Of a stretch of 64,000 bases of DNA, positions 13,916 to 25,140 are shown in pieces. The stretch covers positions 68,076,001 through 68,140,000 of the forward strand of contig NC_042999.1 of the NCBI RefSeq assembly GCF_006345805.1. Reading direction: 5' to 3'. A program made the position numbers and the translations under genes. Numbering within the stretch: the first letter of the stretch is position 1; every line of letters begins with the position of its first letter. This DNA comes from Octopus sinensis. Its lineage: Eukaryota. Below the pieces are notes generated by a model. The model saw only the letters and a list, made by a program, of their open reading frames with translations, had not been told where the DNA came from and did not search any database.

Positions 13916-15586
13916 AGCCCATCATATATATCTCGGCAACGAAAAATGCTGTGGCTTCCCACTTGCAGTCCCGAATATTTCATGAGGTTAGTGCTTGTGA
14001 GTGGCTGTTCGAGTTGAATTTTGGCTCTCATTTCTAGCAATTGTAGGTGTTATTTTGCCGCCTCATTTATCAATTTTACCTTTTGAGTTTTAACTCCTGT
14101 AGCCACCTGTATTATAATGTATTTAATATATCTTTATATGTTAATATATTGTTATAATATCTTGTGAGCCAGTATTAGTTTACTTACATCCACGTAACTT
14201 AGCGGTTCGGCAAAAGAAACGATTGTCAAAGGCAAAAATCAGATTTTTAAAAAGGAAAATAAGTACTGGGATTGATTTGTACAACTAAATCCGTCAAGTC
14301 GTTGCCCTAGCATGGCCGCAATCCAATGACTGAAAGAATTTAAAGAAGCAAAACAAATATTGTGACATGGCGCTCGTCTCAATAGTTCTTAGTCTTTTTT
14401 TAGCGACTGGCGATTGGTCCCTCTCTTCAAGCATCGTTAATGAAAATCATCTAACATTTTGGTGATTTTTCAGTCTTCTACCGTACTGCGCATTTATATA
14501 ACACCGTTTGTAGTAAGATGGTATTTAGAGACGAATCTTGGTGTTGGTGTACTCTCGAATGTGTTCATATTTCGCTGAAATATTTTCTATCACTTTTCTG
14601 ATTTTCCATTTGACATCTGTTTCAGCATTACCACATTACAAAGAACACTGTCAAGTCTTCAGACAACATAACAGTTTTCTGTACTCATTGGCCGACCTCT
14701 GTAACTTTCGCTTTTGTTCATTTTCAATCTAATTTTTCTTCCTCCTTTCACACAGGCGATATTTCTCTGAATTCTAGTCGAATATAATTAATTTATTTGG
14801 CTAAAAATCGTTAGCCGTCACTCTCGAGTCCACGCTTCGTCGAGTGACAGTCAAAGCGGAACAAAATAATAACAAATGTAAATACAAAATGGCGGAGAAC
14901 AAGGTTTCCCATTGGTTGAACGAGTTTCGCGTTAATAATATGTTAAATCTTGCATTATTAAGCAAAAATTTACTGTGAGTGTCACAGAAAATAACACACA
15001 GCGGGGTAGGAGTAGTGAACATATATATATATATACACACACAAATCACGAATGTGCTCGCACACACACACACTCACATACACACATATACACACGGGAT
15101 GGGGCCAACGAGGAAATACAAAGTATTACATAATGTTACATGATACAGATTGGATGTGTGAGTGTGTGTGTATGTGTGTGTGCATGTGTGTGTATGTGTG
15201 TGTCCGAGAGTATGAGCGTATGTGTAAGTGTATGTGTATGTGAGTTTGAAAGAGTGTGTGTACCTGTGACTGAATGTGTGTGAATGCATATATATATATA
15301 TACAAATATGTATATATGCATTCACACACATATGTATATATATGTGTGTGTTGCAATTTACGTTAGTTGAAATATGTGACAAAAACATAATCCAACTTAT
15401 CTAAACTATGATTATACGTAAACACTGCTTCGTGCCATTACTTCGATATATATATATATATATATATACAAAATGAGAAAATGGAGAAACATACGTAAAT
15501 CAATCATCAACCATCAGATAATACCCAATCAATACTTTATTAAACCATTACACAACAGCAATGACATTATACATAATATATTGCAA

Positions 15587-15622
<36 letters not shown>

Positions 15623-15683
15623 TAGTGCATGTGTGTGTTTAATATAAATGACATATATATGTGTGTATATATGTATATGTATG

Positions 15684-15740
<57 letters not shown>

Positions 15741-16246
15741 CATATATATACATATTATATATATACATATTATATATATATTCATATATATATATATACA
15801 TACAGCAAACAACATGAAATATGAAAACAAATAAATAAAATACGCAAATAACGAGAGAAAAAAGAAAAGTAATACAAAGAATAACCCTTCATCAGTTGTT
15901 GGTTGTCTATCTACTCCCTATTTTGAGCAATCAATATGTGTGTGTGTGTGTATTATCCAGGATGTTGTGTTTTGTTTAAGACAACAAAATGTCAATTCAG
16001 CGTGATTTGGTTGTCATTTCTAGCATGTCATAAACCACATAGGGGTCATGCTGTTCAATCGTTTCTGACATCCTCCCCGCCAACGCTTTCGCCCTTTTTC
16101 GCCCTTTTTCGCATTACAATACACATCACAAATATAAACGCGACGACCGTATAAAAGTCAAGTACGATAAGTAGTAACCTTTTGGCCGAAGTACATGACT
16201 AAGTGGTCATTTATGCATATATATATATATACGTGCATATATATAT

Positions 16247-16546
16247 ATCACCGTGACCGTCACCCTGACCCACCAGGCTACACATCGCTGGTCACAATGC
16301 GCTTCACATTGTTTTAGCCTTCAAATGACGTCACCGCGCTGGCTAAGCGAGCATGCCAACAGAAGAAAGAGTGAGAGAAAGTTGTGGCGAAAGAGTACAG
16401 CAGGGATCACCACCACCCCCTGCAGGAGCCGCGTGGGGCTTTAGGTGTTTTCGCTCAATAAACACTCACAACGCCCGGTTTGGGAATCGAAACCGCGATC
16501 CTACAACAGCGAGTTCGCTGCCCTGACCACCGGCCATTGCGCCTCC
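16247..16546 (-). mobile_element. tRNA-derived SINE family C (head ggaggcgcaatggcc.gtggtcagggcagcg)
   Basis: A-box and B-box-like head; full-length homolog at 62293-62605. Confidence 0.85.
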
Positions 16547-16549
16547 ATA

Positions 16550-16639
<90 letters not shown>

Positions 16640-16683
16640 AGGCGCATATATATGTATATATGTATATATATATATATATATAT

Positions 16684-16748
16684 GGAGGCGCAATGCCCAG
16701 TGGTCAGGGCAGCGAACTCGCTGTTGTAGGATCGCGGTTTCGATTCCC
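16684..16748 (+). repeat. Inverted duplicate of the family C tRNA-like head
   Basis: 65-bp reverse complement of 16482-16546 with 2 mismatches. Confidence 0.9.
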
Positions 16749-16758
16749 ATATATATAC

Positions 16759-16791
<33 letters not shown>

Positions 16792-16842
16792 CATGCACAT
16801 ATGTATATATATATATATGTATGTATGTATATATATATATAC

Positions 16843-17184
16843 AACTTATAAACAAGGGCAAAAGAAAATTATTTCTATGCCAATATGCTGATAACAGACT
16901 TTTAAATCATCAATTTCCACATATTATTATATACCCACTACAGAAATACGTTGTGCTGAAATCGAGGAAAGCTAACCAACAGAATTTTTTTTAAAAGGTT
17001 CGTTATTTCTATATTAAATCAATTTCGGAATTAATCTCATAATAGATTTTTCCTTCTTCAGTAGAAAATACGAATAGAAATAAATGTAGTGGGTATAATA
17101 ATATGTGGAAATTGACGATTTAAAAGTCTGTTATCAGCATATTGGCATAGAAATAATTTTCTTTTGCCCTTGTTTATAAGTTGT
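16843..17184. repeat. Inverted repeat (~100-bp arms 16843-16942 / 17085-17184) with hammerhead-like motif in spacer; probable PLE pseudo-LTR remnant
   Basis: Arms are near-exact reverse complements; minus strand 17061-17018 reads CTGAAGA-a-GGAA...TTCC-GAAA. Confidence 0.7.
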
Positions 17185-17402
17185 TTATAATTTTAACCTT
17201 TAAGGGTATTTTAATATGCTGCCACTTTTTTGATGAATTTTTTTTTCTGTAAATAAACTTCATCCTATATTAGTATATATATATATATTGAATATATAGT
17301 ATATTGTTCCGTGAAGGTAAGTTCAACCAAAAAGTATTCTATCATGTGAGAGATAAATAGTTATTTAATAAACACAGAATATATTTTTTATGAGCTATTA
17401 AT

Positions 17403-17598
17403 AGTTTCATGCGATGGAAGCGACTCAGACAGCATTTTACAGCAAGTCTGGTGCCTTCAGGCAATCCTCAGACTTTGCCCACATGGCATACCAAGCTTCT
17501 TTTAGTGTGTTATGTCATGTCAGGAGAGCCTGAGGATTACCTGAAGGCACTGAGCGTGTTATAAAGTACTGCCTGAGTCGCTTTCATCGCATGAAACT
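17403..17598. mobile_element. Palindromic MITE-like fold-back element
   Basis: agtttcatgcgatggaagcgactcag / ctgagtcgctttcatcgcatgaaact outer IR plus inner gtgccttcaggcaatcctcag / ctgaggattacctgaaggcac. Confidence 0.65.
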
Positions 17599-17605
17599 TA
17601 TGAGA

Positions 17606-17649
<44 letters not shown>

Positions 17650-17651
<2 letters not shown>

Positions 17652-17910
17652 TAAGGGCGTGTGGCCTAGTCGCTAGTGTATTTTGCTCACGATTATACGA
17701 TCATGAGTTCGATTCCCTTGTGATGCGTTATGTCCTTGAGTAGGTCACTTTATTTCTCAACTGGCAAAAAAAAATGGGTTGCACCCTGTAGGGTCAATGA
17801 GCCAGCCTTGTCGCATTCGATGTGTCACTGTGAATCCCCTTTAGAACTACGTTAAGGATGCGCGTGTCTGCGGAGTTCTCGATCACTTGCATACTAATTT
17901 CTCCTGATCG
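17650..17910 (+). mobile_element. tRNA-derived SINE family D
   Basis: ggcgtgtggcctagt...gagttcgattcc head, tgtccttgag central block. Confidence 0.65.
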
Positions 17911-18179
17911 AAATAACTGGCACACGTGTATGTATATATATTCACAAACATACGCACACACACGCACACGCGCACACATATATACATTCATACACACACA
18001 TACGCATTCACACACATACTTATATATAACAAAATCATACTGGTTGTCTTCAGTCAGTTGGTCACGTGCTATGTCGTCTGGTAAAAATATTTCTCTCACC
18101 CATTTGTGTGTGTGTGGAGGAGGGGTCGATGTGTGTGTGTGTGTTTAGCCGCCATACTGGAGCACTGATGAAACTTTCT

Positions 18180-18218
18180 TTTTTTTTGTTTCTTTCTCTC
18201 TTTCTCTCTCTCTCTCTC

Positions 18219-18260
<42 letters not shown>

Positions 18261-18380
18261 TCTCTGACTCTTTCTCTCTCATTCTGTTTGTTTCTTGCTG
18301 TCCTCCCTCTCTCTCTCTCTGAAGAAGCATATTTTCCTCTCTCCTCCCCTCTTCCTCTTTTCTTTTTCATCTTCCTTCCA

Positions 18381-18429
<49 letters not shown>

Positions 18430-18536
18430 AGCTACATTTCTTGCCCCTTTACGACTTCTCACACTATCACTTTCTCTTTCCTCTTACTTTTTCTTCTCTT
18501 TCGGTTTCTCAACAAAGGAGAGAGCTCACATACACA

Positions 18537-18576
<40 letters not shown>

Positions 18577-18603
18577 TACATACATACATACATACATACA
18601 TAC

Positions 18604-18635
<32 letters not shown>

Positions 18636-19068
18636 TATATATGTGTATGTCTATGTATATATATATTTATATATATATATATATATGCATACACACATTC
18701 ATCCATAAATTCTAACATCACAAACACAAATACAGATGGACACACGCATCACACACACACACACACACTACTCAGACACGCAGATATATATATACATCAC
18801 ATGCAAGCAAGAGATTTTTGTACATTTGACAACAGTGTATGGAGGCCTCAAACAGCAATAAATTCAATGCAAGATTGCGGCTCTTGTGTATATCAAAGAA
18901 ATGCTCAACGCCTTTCATTTAGCATCGGTTCCTAAGAAATACATCCAACTGACAACCACCATCAAATTTTCTGTATTTTTATCTATTCCCCATTTACATA
19001 TCATGTGTGATGTGTGTGCATGTATGCATGTGTGCATGTATGTATGTATGTGTATGTATGTATGTATG

Positions 19069-19099
<31 letters not shown>

Positions 19100-19140
19100 G
19101 TATGTGTGTATGCATGCATATGTATGCAAGTATGTGTGTG

Positions 19141-19172
<32 letters not shown>

Positions 19173-19464
19173 ATATATACGTATATGCACGTATGTATGT
19201 ATATGTATATATGTATATGTATGTATGTATGAATGTGTGTGTATGTATGTGTATTTATGTATGCATGGATATATGTATGTATTTATGGGCATGTATATAC
19301 GTATACGTATGTAAGTGTATGTATGTATATCTGTATGTATGCATGTATGTTTGTATGTATGTATGTATGTATGTATGTATGTATGTATGTATGTGTGCAT
19401 ATATGTATGTGTGTATACGTGTATGTATGTGTATGTATGCATGAATTAATTTATGTATGTATGT

Positions 19465-19518
<54 letters not shown>

Positions 19519-19570
19519 CATACATAACATACATACATACGTACATACATATATGTGTGTGTGTGTGTGG
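18180..19570. repeat. Compound microsatellite field (CT, CA, CATA, TA, TATG)
   Basis: Directly visible; source of many spurious ORFs. Confidence 0.9.
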
Positions 19571-20383
19571 TGTGTCTATGTTTGTGTGTTTGACGGAGAA
19601 AGATAGGCAAAGAATAACCGTATTATAGAGACCATTTTTTCTTTTTAAGTTTTTGGATCCTGACCATAAAGGAAGTGTTATATTTCCTATTTTTAATTGG
19701 ACTTTCTAATATACTAACATCAATTCAGTGAGGCTGCAAGAAAAAAAACTGTAATATATATTGATAAAAATCTATTTCGTTGCCAATGTGGACTTTAATC
19801 TGAATGGTAGAAATAACTGATGGAATACTGGGTATATTCCAATGTTGAAGGTATCTCTCTGACACATTGCAACAGATTTATCACTTCGTTATTCTTATGC
19901 AACATTTTTCATCGTTGTTCTTATTACTATAATCGTGTAAGAGATGCTGTTGTGAAATTTTATCTCTGCGAAGAATTGATTCAAAAACACAGCTACTATT
20001 TCCAAACTGGAACCAAGCTGTTGTTGTTATTGTTGTTATTGTTTTCTCTCTTCAGCACTCTTCTACCGTTTCTACCCACAGCTTTTGCTCCATCTGGCTA
20101 TGTTATTTGAATGCTATTTCTTCTCCCTGAAACTGTCTCCCTTTCACTCGTCATCAGTTTTGATATCTGACCTCTCAGTCTCCAGGCTCCACACTTAGCA
20201 TTTACTCAATCATTCCTCTCCATAAGTGATCCCCACCTCTGGAATTTTCCTCTCTACCCAAATTGCTATTCGGGCTTAGAGTTATAGTTTTTGTTGTTGT
20301 TTAACCCCCGGATTAACCTTCATCCAGTGAACCTATGAAGAAGGACATGCAAGTGGTCATCAGCCAGGTCTCAATTCAAACAT

Positions 20384-20435
<52 letters not shown>

Positions 20436-20604
20436 CGTCATCATCATCAACGTCATCATATATCTTTATCTAATATGATATCAAGAAAGCTAACTATTCT
20501 TGAGGTTAGTGTTGACTATAATTTTCAAATTAAAACCTTTATATAAATCTATTAGTTTTCTCCCCTTAAATCTTCTTCGATATTCATGCTCTGTAATATT
20601 GATT

Positions 20605-20808
20605 TTAAATTTTAGCGCAAGGCCAGAAAGATCGGGGAGAGTTGATAAGTCGATTACATCAATAACAGTGCTAAACTGGTCTGTATTTTATCGGTCCCGA
20701 AAGGCAAAAGTCGAAATCGGTTGAATTTGAACTCAAAACGTAAAGACAGCCAAAATGCCGCTAAGCACTTTGCTCGGCATCCTAACGACTCTGCCTGCTC
20801 GCCGCCTT
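20605..20808 (-). mobile_element. tRNA-derived SINE family B (head ggcggcgagctggcagaaacgttagcacgccgggcgaaatg; core ctttgcctttcatcctttcggggtcgataaa)
   Basis: Similarity to other copies. Confidence 0.75.
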
Positions 20809-21770
20809 AATGTTATGTCATATGAAAAGACTGTCAATGCAGTATATACACCCTGCAAAAGAATAAATATATTGTGCATCAGATACAATTTAAAATGACA
20901 AATTAATTCACAAAGTTCAGTCTTGTCCTTTGATCCCATGTTAACATCAAAAGAATAATTACTAAACTCCAAAGAAAGAATTGCTATTTTTTTCAAACCC
21001 ATACTTTGTTGTCAAAAGTCAATAGAGATTTTCTTCCATGCATAATGATTTCAATATCAGATTCACTAATGGGAATATGGTCGTTGATGACAGTTAATGC
21101 TTTTTGAAGTAAAGGTTTGGTAACGTTTGGTAACGTAATCTATGATAGCAAACTGGGTGGATTCATATCGCTGTCTGTTACATTGTTCATATTGTTTCAG
21201 CCGTATGATTGTGGCCATTTTCCATGATGTCTATTTAAAGCTTTATGCTTAGTACTGGATGAATGAAAGAGCACGATGTTGATCAGGAATTGTACTCAAG
21301 TAGCATGTCTGAATCGTTTTTCAAGGAACTGACATCTATAATATTTTATGTATGAATATTGAGAAGCCGTTGTCCTTTGAAAAACCAGTCTGTTGCAGTG
21401 CAATGCTCTCATTCGCTGTTGAATCACTTTATAACTGAAATAATGTTGTTCCAAGATGGTAAACTGGGATCTTTTCTTACTTTTAGGGATTATTTTGGGG
21501 AAAAAACTTATTACCTTTTTTGTATCAGCCCAAGAATTATGAAGAAATTGAGTAAAAGGAAACTGTGTTGGAGCCCGTGAGATGTAACCTTACTTAAATT
21601 GGAAGTTACAACCTTGCTACAAAGCCTCTATTTGAGGGTTACATTAAAGATATACGTGTCTGAGAAATACACAACCACTTGCACAATAATTCACTGAACA
21701 TTTGGTTCTATTGACAGACCAACTGGAAGGGTCATCGTCGAAGCCAAAAATTCTTGTATCTATTATAGAT

Positions 21771-21826
<56 letters not shown>

Positions 21827-22208
21827 GCGTACATATATAGAGGACAATAAAAACATTTGGACAGATAGGCGATACAAAGGCGGACAACAGAATCAACAAT
21901 TAGAAGGACAGACAAAAAAGATGAGTCATTCGTAGCCTTCTTTCCTCAGTCAAGTGCAAGATGTCACGGTAATTTCGGGCAGTTACACTTGAGATGGTTC
22001 GATCTGGTTGCCCCTAAAAAAGTCATAGCTAAGAACATTAGACTCCTTTGTAAGAAAGCTAGCGAATGTGTACGGCAACAAAGACAAAAAAATTATATAC
22101 ACACATACACATATACATACATACATACATACATACATACACGTGTTATGTGGTTATGTCTGAGCGTCCATGTATGCGTGTAAGAGTGCGTGCTTGTTTG
22201 TGTGTGTG

Positions 22209-22244
<36 letters not shown>

Positions 22245-22492
22245 TGTGTGTTTGTGTGTGTGGTATCCAAACTAGTGAACATGAATCACTTACAATCGGT
22301 CTGTTTAGCTGTCGTAACCACTACCCTACCTACCTACCGCTCCGTTAGTACACAACTTGAATCTCATTTGTAATTAATTTTGTAATCGGCAAGTTACTGT
22401 CAACAAAGCCAAGCTGTTATTCCACTCGTCTCAATATGCACACTCTAATACACACACACACACACAAATGCGTCACGTCACATATAGGGACC

Positions 22493-22527
<35 letters not shown>

Positions 22528-22988
22528 GCACAAATCGACATACTTCATAATAAATGGACATAATAATACATAAAAGCACATAGCAAAACACACACGTATG
22601 TCTCCGCACATAAACACATATGCACACACAGACACAAGCCCACGCACACACACGCACGCACACACACGTTAACATCGTAACATACATAGTCATATGGAAA
22701 CACATACAAATAGATACGCTGCGTCGTTTCCAATTTTTTTTTATATTTAGGTGAAGAGCGTTAGAGGAAAGTGGTGAAGAGGAATCTATGTTATTTGACT
22801 AAATGCCAATGAAGGCAATTACATAACAGACAAATGTAATGAATGATTCAACGCAGGTTCAAGTCTATATTAAACTCTGTTGCCATTTTTGTAATTGACT
22901 TACATGTATTTATATATATATATATATATATTACGGAGATGTACTCGCATAGCATGTGATTTAATCTGAGATCGTGTGCTGGAACGAA

Positions 22989-23300
22989 AACAATTGCAGC
23001 GTGGAAGGTGTTTGTAAGCCATTTAAGAAACACACAAAAGCCGTTCGATTCACTTCAACATTTAAGTTTAATTTGTCAAAATATTTTCGTCGCTAAAATC
23101 CGCGACCTGTTCACTGACAAAAATCCGTGCTGCATCTCTGACAAAAATCCGTGATGCAGCACGGATTTTTGTCAGTGAACAGGTCGCGGATTTTAGCGAC
23201 GAAAATATTTTGACAAATTAAACTTAAATGTTGAAGTGAATCGAACGGCTTTTGTGTGTTTCTTAAATGGTTTAAAAGCACCTTCCACGCTGCAATTGTT
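22989..23300. repeat. Near-perfect hairpin: 148-bp arms (22989-23136 / 23153-23300), 16-nt loop
   Basis: Arms reverse-complementary with ~3 mismatches; loop duplicates 23114-23128. Confidence 0.95.
23168..23217 (+). ncRNA. Candidate minimal type-I hammerhead ribozyme with G3:C8 core swap (mirror copy on minus strand 23072-23121)
   Basis: TTTGTCA-GTGAACA-g-GTCGC-ggatttta-GCGAC-GAA-AATATT-T-TGACAAA: 7-bp stem I, 5-bp stem II, palindromic stem III. Confidence 0.55.
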
Positions 23301-23320
23301 TATATATATATATATATATA

Positions 23321-24368
23321 TAAACTTAGATAAACTTAGATATGTTTCGACCAAAGATTGGTCCAGGCCATGTCTAACTTAATAGCACCACCTGATAGGA
23401 TTATCTAAATCCTGTTTAAGTCAAGTTTTGTTTATGGTCCATTCAAGTAGTGAGTTTTTGTTGGGTGAGTTGTATCCAATTATGGGTGACTTATCTGGTA
23501 TTCCTTGAAGGAATCTATCCAAACTCCGTTTAAAGTTGATGGGATCCTTTTCCTCTTTGATCTCTTTCGGGACAATGTTAAATAGGGCAGGGCCTGTTGA
23601 GGAAAAGAAATTATGTTGCAGTGAACATATATGCTGTGATCTTGAATTGAGCAGGGGACGTATGGCCCGTGGTCCCAGTCTTGGATGAACCTTGAAGCTA
23701 ATGTTCAGGTCGTTTGGGCAAAGTTGGCGGTATATTCTCCACATCGTACAAATGATGTACCGCTCACGGCGACGCTGGAGAGAATAGAGTTTCAAGGCTT
23801 TAAGGCGGTCCCAATAATCGAGAGCAGCCATGCTTTCAATTCGTTTAGTGAGTGCCCTCTGGGGTGATTCAATCCTCGAGATGTTTTGTCTTGTATGGGG
23901 AGACCACAGTGAGCAGCAGTATTCGAGGGGAGGCCGTACAAAGGAGGAGAAAAGTGGTATGATGACACCTTGTTCTCTGGACCGGAAAGTTCTTAAGATC
24001 CAGGAACTCATCCTACGAGCTATATCGACCTTCTTGTTGATGTGTGCACTCCAACTGAGATCGTCATCAACAATTACACCCAGGTCTCTGATATTGTTAG
24101 AGGCTGTGAGCGGTTCCCCTGAAGGAAGAGAGTATGGCTGTTTTAGTGAGGAATTTCTTCCAAAATGCATCAGCTCAAATTTTCCCTCGTTCAGTTGCAT
24201 TTTGTTTCTGTCTGCCCATTGACTCACAGCACATAGATCAGACTGGAGTTGAGTTCGGTCTGCTTCTTCATTGATGATTTGCTGGAGCTTAGTGTCATCA
24301 GCAAATATTTTCACTTTGCAGTAATGTACGACACTGGAAAGGTCGTTTATGTAAATTATAAAGAGTAT
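23321..24368 (-). mobile_element. 5'-truncated CR1-group (CR1/L2/Crack-like) LINE with open RT C-terminal ORF and intact 3' end
   Basis: LFIIYINDL...KIFADDTKL...IRDLGV...RPPLEYCCSLWSP; stop at 23421; 3' UTR stem-loop and (tctaagttta)2 tail. Confidence 0.93.
23421..24368 (-). CDS. Reverse transcriptase C-terminal fragment (~315 codons, open; transposon-derived)
   Basis: ORF track 23421-24314 extends upstream in frame to ILFIIYINDL. Confidence 0.8.
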   Translation of the reverse strand: MLFIIYINDLSSVVHYCKVKIFADDTKLQQIINEEADRTQLQSDLCAVSQWADRNKMQLNEGKFELMHFGRNSSLKQPYSLPSGEPLTASNNIRDLGVIVDDDLSWSAHINKKVDIARRMSSWILRTFRSREQGVIIPLFSSFVRPPLEYCCSLWSPHTRQNISRIESPQRALTKRIESMAALDYWDRLKALKLYSLQRRRERYIICTMWRIYRQLCPNDLNISFKVHPRLGPRAIRPLLNSRSQHICSLQHNFFSSTGPALFNIVPKEIKEEKDPINFKRSLDRFLQGIPDKSPIIGYNSPNKNSLLEWTINKT

Positions 24369-24405
24369 ATAAGCGTATATATGTATATATACATATATAT
24401 ATATG

Positions 24406-24476
<71 letters not shown>

Positions 24477-24505
24477 TATGGGCGCAGGAGTGGCGTCATT
24501 ATTAA

Positions 24506-24558
<53 letters not shown>

Positions 24559-24601
24559 TATTATTATTATTATTATTATCATCATCATCATTATTATTAA
24601 T

Positions 24602-24827
24602 GCGGCGAGCTGGCAGAATCGTTATCACGCTGGGCGAAATGCTTAGCAGTATTCCGTCCGCCGTTACGTTCTGAGTTCAAGCTCCACCGAGGTTGACTTT
24701 GCCTTTCATCCTTTCGTGGTCGATAAAATTAGTACCAGCTACTCACTGGGATCGATGTAATCGACTTAACCCCTTCCTCCAAGTTTGAGGCCTTGTGGTT
24801 TCCAGTAGAAAGGATTATTATTATTAA

Positions 24828-24870
<43 letters not shown>

Positions 24871-24888
24871 ATTATCATTATCATTATT

Positions 24889-24950
<62 letters not shown>

Positions 24951-25140
24951 GAATAGCTGACAGAATCGTTAGCACGCCGGTTAAAATGCTTAGCAGCATT
25001 CCGTCTGTCTTTATGTTCTAAGTTCAAATTCCGCCGAGGTCAAGTTTACTTTTCAATCTTCAAAAATAAGCTGAGCACTGGAGACGATGTAATCGACTGA
25101 CCCTCTCTCCCAGATTTTCAGATCCTGTGCCTTATTGTAG
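24602..25140 (+). mobile_element. Two SINE family B copies (24602-24810, 24952-25140) separated by (ATT)n
   Basis: Similarity to family B. Confidence 0.8.

Noticed and set aside
15870-15900. Minus-strand ctgatgaaggg
   Set aside because: No GAAA half of the core follows
16482-16546. tRNA gene calls for tRNA-like heads (also 27549, 61420, 62293)
   Set aside because: They are SINE heads fused to repeat bodies and do not form a complete cloverleaf
18066-19628. Long ORFs (e.g. 289 aa) of LS/HT/YI/CMYV repeats
   Set aside because: Microsatellite translations; the same applies to similar ORFs throughout the window
21915-21955. Minus-strand ctgaggaaagaaggctacgaatg
   Set aside because: Too degenerate to call a hammerhead
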